A stretch of DNA of 63,845 nt, the filler included, from Collodictyon triciliatum (lineage: Eukaryota): assembly GCA_043381765.1 (NCBI GenBank). It is 3 parts of 3 records of this genome, joined end to end, with 100 filler letters (N's around TTAATTAATTAA, not from the genome) between each part and the next. Parts side by side here need not be neighbours in the genome. Positions count along the whole stretch, not along the records: positions 55,463 to 63,845 come from JBHJMP010001003.1; 2 more parts are not named here. The stretch is one strand, 5' to 3'. Position numbers and translations under genes: made by a program. Below are positions 55,363 through 63,845 of the stretch, in pieces; the stretch's first letter is position 1; each line of letters starts with the position of its first letter. Under the pieces are notes generated by a model that searched no databases, was not told the origin of the DNA, and was given only the letters and a program-made list of their open reading frames with translations.

Positions 55363-55462
55363 NNNNNNNNNNNNNNNNNNNNNNNNNNNNNNNNNNNNNN
55401 NNNNNNTTAATTAATTAANNNNNNNNNNNNNNNNNNNNNNNNNNNNNNNNNNNNNNNNNNNN
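55363..55462. other. Assembly spacer N44-TTAATTAATTAA-N44
   Basis: Same linker as 27696-27795. Confidence 0.95.
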
Positions 55463-56618
55463 GGCCTATGCCCAGGCACTAGCTAAGAACCATGATTTCG
55501 ATGAACAGCCCCAAAATGGAACAGAAAGCAAGCTCCCCTGGAGAGTCACCCTTGTCTTCCCTAAGAAGAGACCCTCGGAAAAAATGGTGGCAGATACTAT
55601 TCTATCCTGGATGAATTATAAACAACTGTCCAGTCACATGGATATATCATTGAAAAGAGACAGCGATGATGTGACACTACATATCCAAAACCAAAATGTT
55701 TACAACGTACTAAGGAAACAGTGTTACCTGCGAGTCGCCAACCAAACCGCCAAGGTTGTCGCGGGAGACAAACCTGAAGACGTACTACTGGTGCAATACC
55801 TCCCAGGAATGACCGAAATCCAAGACATCCAAAATGAAATCGAGTCTTTCATGAAGGTTAAGTCCATTAACCGCCCAACAAGAATGTCCATCAAACTGTC
55901 CCATGCATTAGTATTTGGATGGTTAAAAGAGAAGGGCACTTTCCCAGAAAGCATCAAAATCAAAGGCGAGGACTGCCCTATAAAATGGTCAAAATTTAAT
56001 CCCAACCACATCCCTCAAGAGAAGAAAACTCTGCAAGATAAAGATATCTCAACAAAGATAGTAAGAAAAGAAAAACCAAGCAAACCACACAATCCTATCC
56101 TGACTACAGAAGTCCAAACCACGGACCAAATACCAGTAATTGTAAGGACCCTGGAAAATACAGAAACGCTAGCTCCAAATCCACAGGAGCCCATTAATCT
56201 CCCTGGGGACAGGCCTTCAAACCCAATGAAGGAAAGGACACCCGCAGCTACAACACTAACCTCCCCCAGGAAAGAAAAAATCAACCAATTTGTAATATCC
56301 CAGGTCACGAATGCATCGTCCCACAAACAAACCCTGGCCACACCTGAGGACAAAACAAAAGATATCAGAAACGAACCTGCAACGCAGGAGATAATCAGGG
56401 AAGAAAATCCCTCGATGCAACACGAAGTTACGGGTAGAACTGAAAACCACAACGACTATACTGAATCCAACATCCATAGTAACACACATATATTGGAAGC
56501 TCAAATAGACAACGATTCAGAAACGATGGAGATAGAACTCAATGAGGGACAGTCAAAAACAAGTTACCAAGAGGCTGGAGCTAGCAGCCATCTTGGTTCC
56601 TCCTTATCCAGTAATTAA
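55463..56618 (+). mobile_element. LINE ORF1, 5'-incomplete (frame open back to the gap)
   Basis: Intronless A-rich ORF directly upstream of an APE endonuclease ORF; reads AYAQALAKNHDF... from the gap edge. Confidence 0.8.
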
Positions 56619-57504
56619 ATGAGGCTTACAATAGCCTCATACAACGTCAGGTCTATAGCCAACCCAGACCGACGTAGGAGAATCTACAAGATTCTCGGAC
56701 ACCTGAAGGCAGACGTCTTTTGTCTTCAAGAAACCTGGATAAAACAAGACGACCTCTTAACCCCACAAACCTGGTCAGGATTCAGCGGATGGTCTGCTTT
56801 ACAAGCTATTCACCCTGCTGGAGGTGTGGCTATCCTGTGCAGAAGATGGGTAACGAGGCTTAACCCCTCCATTACTCATATACACCCTGGAAGAGCACTA
56901 GCCATCGACCTAAAATTAAATGAACAGCAAACCTTACGAATAATCAATGTTTATAATCACCAAATGACAACCCGAACAGCGGAAAAATCAGCACTTCGAA
57001 AACTTATCCAGGACCATATCTCCCCTAATACACTTATTGTGGGAGACTGGAACAACCTGGAGGACTCAGAGTGGGACTCGAACGTCAATAGGAGACCGGA
57101 CAAAGCTTTCAATGAATGGCTTAAGGATAACGAGCTATCTGACCCATGGAGAAGAATCCACCCAGGATACCCTGGATTCACCTGCAATAGGATATCTACC
57201 AACGGGCCGGTTTTCTCGCGCCTGGACCGAATATACGAAAACAAAGGAACGACAGGGTGGGTCAAAGGCTCCGACGTACTAGCCTCAAGCGAATCCGACC
57301 ATGACATCCTGATATGCAAAATAGACTCGGCAGTAGGACAAACACGACGCCCATGGGTCATGAATCAAAATATACTTTTCAACGATGACTTTGTGAATGA
57401 AACCCTCGTAACGTTGGAGAAAGCGATTGACCACACGGATAATCGTACAATAAACAGTAGGCCAGCAGCTGAAACATGGACTATCGTCAAAGAGGCTATC
57501 ATTG
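56619..57504 (+). mobile_element. LINE ORF2 N-terminus: APE-type endonuclease, L1/Tx1-like; runs into the gap
   Basis: IASYNVR, DVFCLQET, GGVAIL, IINVY, IVGDWN, DPWR, SRLDRIY, SDH, followed by the W-x-x-N linker typical of the L1 clade. Confidence 0.95.
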
Positions 57505-57990
57505 NNNNNNNNNNNNNNNNNNNNNNNNNNNNNNNNNNNNNNNNNNNNNNNNNNNNNNNNNNNNNNNNNNNNNNNNNNNNNNNNNNNNNNNNNNNNNNNN
57601 NNNNNNNNNNNNNNNNNNNNNNNNNNNNNNNNNNNNNNNNNNNNNNNNNNNNNNNNNNNNNNNNNNNNNNNNNNNNNNNNNNNNNNNNNNNNNNNNNNNN
57701 NNNNNNNNNNNNNNNNNNNNNNNNNNNNNNNNNNNNNNNNNNNNNNNNNNNNNNNNNNNNNNNNNNNNNNNNNNNNNNNNNNNNNNNNNNNNNNNNNNNN
57801 NNNNNNNNNNNNNNNNNNNNNNNNNNNNNNNNNNNNNNNNNNNNNNNNNNNNNNNNNNNNNNNNNNNNNNNNNNNNNNNNNNNNNNNNNNNNNNNNNNNN
57901 NNNNNNNNNNNNNNNNNNNNNNNNNNNNNNNNNNNNNNNNNNNNNNNNNNNNNNNNNNNNNNNNNNNNNNNNNNNNNNNNNNNNNNNNNN

Positions 57991-58190
57991 CGTGCAAAAA
58001 TACTGTCCGATCAGACAGACTTGCAGGCGGCTTCCTTGCACGGGTCTTCCTAGACTTACGTGCAACTCGGGGTTTTTCCGCGCCAGTGTTGGAACCAGAA
58101 GAGCTGGCTGCAACTTGCAAAGCCTTCGACGGGTCGCGGCTTGCGCCGATCTCCCCGTCTCGGCTCGTGTTTTCCATCAGGCGCGGGGGC
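57991..58190 (-). mobile_element. Probable 5' end and ORF1 start of a LINE on the minus strand
   Basis: GC-rich gcccccgcgcctgATG, then an open frame MENTSRDGEIG...SDRTVFLH into the gap; identity inferred from context only. Confidence 0.4.
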
Positions 58191-58306
58191 ACCCTCTCCA
58201 CGGTAGTATCTTCCCCTAATCGCTTTCTTTTCTACCATGCGCATCTATCTGACACCATTGTATGGCATAACCTCACTGTACTTTGAGTCGAATAAAGAAA
58301 AAAAAA
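58191..58306 (+). mobile_element. LINE family A 3' UTR with AATAAA and poly(A)
   Basis: accctctcca...tcttccccta...ttgtatggcataacctc.ctg.actttga aligns with the reverse complement of 60350-60451. Confidence 0.85.
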
Positions 58307-58388
58307 CCAAGGTAGCTTCAATATTTATTAAAAAGTAGAGAATCAGTAAAATGAAGTAATTTTTATTTCAATAAACGTAATGCAAACT

Positions 58389-59578
58389 TTACGAAAGCCT
58401 CTCTCTTGCAAGTTTTTTTGAGTGTTCCGGATGATATCTGTCAGGATACAAAGCACAGAATATTTGTGGCAAAAAAATGTCAAAAAGGTCTCTGGAGCTC
58501 TCTTCAAATAGATGCACGTGGTCACGGTTCATACCCTTGTCAAATAACACTCTGGTACTTGGGTATCTGTTAAACTCTAACCAACCATACTGCTTTACAA
58601 GCTTATGGTGCAGCAAATTTATATTATTCGTGCAATCGTCCAATTTAATCCAAGCCTGTGTGTCTACCCAAATTTTTGGAACAGAAAGCGATTCATTCAG
58701 TAAACGGAAAAACTGAACAGAACCTATTGTTGTATTGTCGTAGGGTTTTTCATGATAACAATCATGCAAACCAAATGAAAATATGAAAATATCTGGTTTT
58801 CTCCCATCACGGAAAGCTTTCAACATATACTCGTCATATTTTTGAAATGCAAAATGTTTCCAATCGAATGTGATTTCGTATCCGTCTAGCATGCGTAGAG
58901 AGAAATCACATCTCGCTTCGTTACCCGAGTCCGAATATCGGGGATCGTTCTCTCTCATCGGCTGCTTAGTACATGCTTTGGAACGCATAAATTCTGGAAC
59001 ATACAGAAAATTTCAGGAACAATAGATAACAGATCTCGGGGCTTAATAGTCAAATTACCAACCTTTGAAGAGAATAAAGTCAAAGTCTAGAAATTTTCCG
59101 ACACTCTTGAGGAATTGAGAGGCCTTGTTTGTATGATAATATTATTTTATAGAAAAACGTTCATTATTAGTGTGCTGAAAAATTTATATATAAAATTACA
59201 ATTGCTAAAGGCTCAGTATTTGCATTAGTAATTATTTCCTCCGGTGAAACAAAGTTGAAATTATACCAATTGTCTTATAGTAGAATCACCATAAAAATAT
59301 ATCCACTTGCTTTTCAGAAGGCTGATGTCTTTGTGTACAACTTTTCTATTGTGCCGGTAAGCTTCTTGTGAATTCATATCCTCAACGAATCTAATACCTT
59401 TTGTGACATTCTGCCAGGTTCCGATTGGTGTTAGATTTGGACAAGTCATCCACGAGGCCTTCGAGATGTGCAATTGCCGCTGGAAATAGCCTCTCCATCG
59501 TGACTCGGACTGATGGAACCTGAAGACAATGCACAATGCAGCAAATAACCTCAAAAATCGAACTGAAGTTGAGCTCAT
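58389..59578 (-). CDS. SGNH/PC-esterase (TBL/NXPE-like) acyl-esterase or acyltransferase
   Basis: N-terminal hydrophobic anchor, WIYFYGDSTIRQL (GDS motif), PDIFIFSFGLHD, RDHVH (DxxH). Confidence 0.75.
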
Positions 59579-60337
59579 GCTATAACTTTGGATTATTTGT
59601 TAGTCATTAATGAAGCATTCGGTTGTTTTTTTTAGAGTGTATTACCTATATGATATTTTTTAATTTGCTACTGGTTTCAAGAACTATTGTCAAACTTGTT
59701 TCTGTGAGGTCTTTAAAAATAGAATATGATTAAGCCTTGAAGTAGAAGATTAGTGGCAGTCCTCATACGAGTGTACTTACATTTCAAAATTTATGTCTTA
59801 AAATAAGTCAGAATTTTGTATAAATTAGGAAATAATAAATGCACAACAAACTTGAATAAGCGCAATTTTTTTTTTGTTTATTGCCGCACTTACGGTATCA
59901 AAAAAAGGATGTGTGTTATGGCATACAAAGCAACTATTCATTGTTGTTTTACGACAATACACGAAAAGAATTCCTGTGTCTACACCGTAAAGAAAAAAAT
60001 ATCAGTATAGAATGAACAGTAGTAAAAAAAATTATTAGACGGACTTTCCAAGAGACTTAAAAAAGATATTAAATCGTACAAAATAAGAAATGGGTTGCTG
60101 TAATGGTTTTACCTTTGTTTGGTTCAAGAAAGTGGCTGTAAGAGTTTGAGGTTTGTGAAGATTCTTTTCATTTGAAAAATGAATAAGTTGATTCATTTAT
60201 TTCAGTAAATATTAATTTATTGGTTTACAGTCAATTTGATTTATGATTTTTTTATTTTAAACACCCTTCAATAAGAAACCCAGAAAATATTGAGATCTTC
60301 GTTTAATTTATGCGCTTTGTCTTCAACTTATATCAAA

Positions 60338-61332
60338 ATTTTCCTCCATCACATTCAAAGTGCAGCGAGGTTATGCCATACAAAGGAAAGAAATGTATGT
60401 GTGTGGCAGAGAGCAAACGCGTGTAGGGGAAGACACTAATGTGGAGAGGGTGGCATTGAAAATAAATCCGTGATAGCGAGTTTGTCAGGCGGGCGACCCA
60501 ACTGGTTGATTGATTGCGTGGGTAGCAGGGGTTGGATATGTTGTGGGAGATATAGCACAACACATTTCCACATCTCTTCGCTTGCAGTCAGAGTAGCGAA
60601 GAATGCGAGCGTGTTTCAGCAGACTGTTCAGGAAGCTGTATTGCACGAGGCTTTCAAGCCTGGATACATTGATTTCTCGTTCGGGTGAATCATTAGAGCG
60701 AGAGAATGCGTGCACACTCCATAAGGCCCACAGCATATGTCCCCTTGTGACTGTCCAGAGTATTCTAGAGTCGTGGGTCATTTGGCATTGTGGGCCAAAC
60801 AGGATGTCAGACGCGCTGAGTCGGCTGGGAGCATAATCAAGCTCAGAGAGCACCTTGTGGGTAGAATCTGTCACTTTTTGAGCAAGAGAGCAATTCACAA
60901 ATGTGTGTTCGATAGAGTCATCTCCATTATGGCACATGGTGCATTCTGGAGAGGTCGTTGCTGCATGGACTACACGCGCACCTATCCACAGCTTTCTGTT
61001 GGAGATATTGAGAAGTAGGGCGCGGTGTTTCGGGAGTAACTGAGGTATACGGGCTTGCTTCCAGCTTTTGACTATCGGCGGTTCTATAATGCCTATGGTT
61101 TCGGCCCAACGACTCATCTTCTCCGGTTTGTAGGGATTCGGACGGATAAATTTATATCGAAAGAATTTGGAGTACGCCATGGCCATCGAGAATTGCGGAG
61201 AATCAGGCGTAATGGACCGCCTTTGGTTCTTCAGGCGAAAGAAAAATGGCGACGGCGCTCCGTATGAGATGGGATGACGTGTTCTAGATTTCTTTTTGTT
61301 ATTGGACATGAAAATAATTGGACTTGTAGTAC
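60338..61332 (-). mobile_element. 5'-truncated LINE family A: ORF2 C-terminus with zinc finger and 3' UTR; frameshifted near the end
   Basis: CTMCHNGDDSIEHTFVNC (C-x2-C...E-S-x-E-H-x-F-x2-C, zf-RVT-like), LWALW, QYSFLNSLL. Confidence 0.9.
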
Positions 61333-61718
61333 TTGTGGAGTGTGCATGTATTCTCTCGCTCTCTAATGATTCGACCGAACGAAGAATCGATGTAACCAGA
61401 CTTGAAAGCCTCGTGCAATACAGCTTCCTGAACAACCTGCTGAAACACACCCATGTTTTTCGCTAATCTTACCGCAAGCGAAGAGAGATGTGGGAATGTG
61501 TCGTGCGATATCTCCCACAGCATATCCAACCCCTGCTGCCCACGCAACCAATCAACCAGTTGGGACGCCCATCTGACCAACTCGCTATCATTGACTTCTT
61601 TCCAGTATTAGCCTATAGAGAACTGTCTACTGCTCGAAATCTCTTTCTAACATGCGCACCTATTTTGCCGCTTGTATGATTGTGTCTTATTAAAATTTGA
61701 ATATAATGAATGGGGAAA
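61333..61718 (+). mobile_element. LINE family A 3'-terminal fragment, inverted relative to its neighbour
   Basis: Similar to the reverse complement of 60440-60725 and to 330-620; ends in tttgaatataatgaatggggaaa, resembling the family terminus. Confidence 0.85.
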
Positions 61719-61942
61719 TTTTTTTAGTTAAACCGACCAGAAAAATTAAAAATGTTTAGGTTGAAACTAAAAATTCTTGTTTGGGATAATATACACGGAT
61801 TGAACGCTTTATAAGTTGAGATTGGCAGGCTAATTTTTGCCTACTGAAAGCTATTGCAATTCCATCTCTTACCCACTCACCCAACTATTACTAATTAACT
61901 ATAGGCTATTAAGCTGAAAATGAAATTAACAATACACATAGA

Positions 61943-63219
61943 ATGTCTGGATGCCGAAAACTTTGCTTCATAGCTTTTGCTATTCCGTGCTTGTGCTCAT
62001 GGTCTTTGTGGGCCAAGCCTCTTAGTATATCAGGAATAGTTGAGCACAAACAGGTATGCTATAAGATATGTAGTCGCAAGATTCAAGGACTCATGTAGAA
62101 CACGCAAGAGTTGGAAAAGTCATAAATATGCCACTATATAGTACGAAAGACTCGGCACAGAAAGAAATGCCACCATGTATAACCAGCAGTATCAATGCGC
62201 CAATCAAAAGAGGATGGGTAGGATGCAAACAGAACATTATTACGGCAAACATACCTTTTCTCTCTCAAATGAGTATCGGTGAGAGTGAAAGCAAACTCTG
62301 AATAAGCACAATTGTAGGAGACAGCGAGGGAGGCTGGGACACGTGTATAGTGCGTAGTTTAAAGAAGCACAGTGTTGTATACAGCTTTGGACTTGGAAAC
62401 GACCCTGCCTTTGACTACGCTGTGATCAAGGAAGTTGGCTGTCCTGTGTACGCATTCGACCCCACGCCAACAGGGACCCAGTTCTACGCAAGTGTCAGGT
62501 AAGTATTCATTCAGTCTACGGTATGTAACTTGTCTAATGGCCGGCGCTCCTTAGGGACAAGCCAGACAACTGGAAATTCAATCCTTGGGGTCTCTACCAC
62601 CTGGACGGGAATATTACATTTAGAGTTCCAAAAAAGGGAAGTTATCAATATTCTGCTGTTCAGGAGCACCATGCGAAGGAGCACCATGCGAAGGAGCGCA
62701 ACATGATTGACCTTCCAGTGTAAAATTTAGTATCTAACATCTTTTACATGAGAATAGTCAACTAACTTACTTCCCTCTCAGCTACAAACTATCGACAATT
62801 ATGAGGAAACTTGGACATGTGCACTTGGACATATGCAAGGTGGACATCGAAGGCAGCGAATGGGGTATACTCGACGATATCATAGAGAAAAAACTGCAGA
62901 TAGATCAGTTTTTCGTAGAGTTTCACGGATTTGACTACGACACGAAGGATGGGTACTCAGAAAAGGTATTTATAATTCTTCAAATAACAAAGAGCAATGC
63001 GGAAATGACATAACATTTGTGTAATAGTTTCTCACAAAATTCAATACCAATCTAAGCGTCGCTGCAATTACGTAGGTTACTAATTTTATCACCCGCCTGA
63101 ACGGCATTGGCTTCAAATGGTTCCACAGAAATCCAGTTAGAGACCACGTTATTCGAGATATCTCAGGAAATATTGGGAGAGTTTTGCATTTTGTTGAATA
63201 CTCTTTCATCAGAGTTTAA
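61943..63219 (+). CDS. METTL24/FkbM-like SAM-dependent methyltransferase with N-terminal signal or anchor, multi-exon
   Basis: GDSEGGWDTC, VVYSFGLGNDPAFD, VYAFDPTP, HLDICKVDIEGSEW, IDQFFVEFH, VEYSFIRV*. Confidence 0.85.
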
Positions 63220-63546
63220 TAAAGCTTTCTTGAGGGCCAATATAGACTCCATTGTTGGTATGGTGAAAGGCATATATATAATTCTTTCCGAATTTTATGA
63301 TAAGAGAATAGAATTATATAGGAAAGTTTCATCGACCAACTCGAGGTGTAGAGCGTGGATTTTTCAACAGAATATTTCACTTTTTAATAGACAAATTCTC
63401 AGCTGACAACTGGAAGAAATATTATTTCAGTGATATAAGTCTTTCACTAGACAAAGAAACAATCTAAATGAATGGCTTCTCTTGCGTAACATGAGCTTTT
63501 GCAGTAGGTGGCATATAAGTGAATAAAGAAACAAAACGGGAGAACA

Positions 63547-63845
63547 ATTTTTTTATTCTTTCAATTTTGTGCGAAATGGTAGAGATTTCGGCTTTGGTTC
63601 GCTAGCCATCGTTTGCATGGGCGCTACTTGGTGGCTGGGTGGCGGAGAAGTAGTCGGTAATAAGGAATTGCATCCTGCGCTTTGTTCTGTAGCCTGGGTC
63701 TTGCGCTTGCATGAGGGATACAAGGCGATGTTTAATATCTTTCTCAGCTTCTTTCCACATGTCTCTTCTCACGGGGTCGGAGTAGTAGAGAACGTGCAGG
63801 TGGCGAAGAAAGCTATTGAGGAAAGAGATTTGTATGATGTCATTC
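63547..63845 (-). mobile_element. LINE family B 3' end (ORF2 C-terminus, very short 3' UTR, poly(A)); continues beyond the window
   Basis: Translates IIQISFLNSFLRHLHVLYYSDPVRRDMWKE...FLITDYF...HANDG*, homologous to family A VQYSFLNSLLKH...YSDRKRREMWE...ITGFF; ends gcacaaaattgaaagaataAn. Confidence 0.85.

Noticed and set aside
57365-58286. ORF-track proteins spanning the N gap
   Set aside because: Artefacts of translating Ns
55040-58320. cca(g/a)ggtagcttca at 55040 and 58307 as a TSD around the LINE
   Set aside because: The left copy is ~400 bp from LINE sequence, across non-LINE DNA and a scaffold linker; likely chance
62663-62697. 15-bp tandem duplication in a methyltransferase exon
   Set aside because: In-frame local slippage duplication with no inserted sequence

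Overview
Eukaryotic genomic DNA, most likely a flagellated protist, rich in introns with canonical GT-AG ends and no evidence of a variant genetic code. It is a stitched scaffold: two 100-nt spacers (N44-TTAATTAATTAA-N44) and one ~490-N gap. Recognisable genes: a SAM-domain membrane protein, a GC-rich membrane pyrophosphatase, a TSNAXIP1-like coiled-coil protein, a large pseudo-lipase/IQ/RhoGEF-PH protein, an acidic NLS-bearing protein, an RGLG/copine-like vWA protein, ATP11, an ADCY10-like cyclase-STAND-TPR protein, a TIN1-like secretory protein, TAF13, an SGNH/PC-esterase, a METTL24/FkbM-like methyltransferase, tRNA-Met(CAT) and tRNA-Thr(AGT). Two related L1/Tx1-like LINE families are present. 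The most unusual signals are: (1) three head-to-head junctions in which a LINE piece carries an inverted copy of a LINE 3' end at its 5' side; (2) six ultra-short (20-75 bp) LINE 3'-tip insertions, five with clear target-site duplications; (3) an intron-containing membrane PPase with prokaryotic Na+-PPase-type gate residues; (4) an abrupt switch from G-ending to C-ending synonymous codons at the midpoint of that gene's long exon. All family calls come from motif recognition by eye, and exon boundaries are manual.
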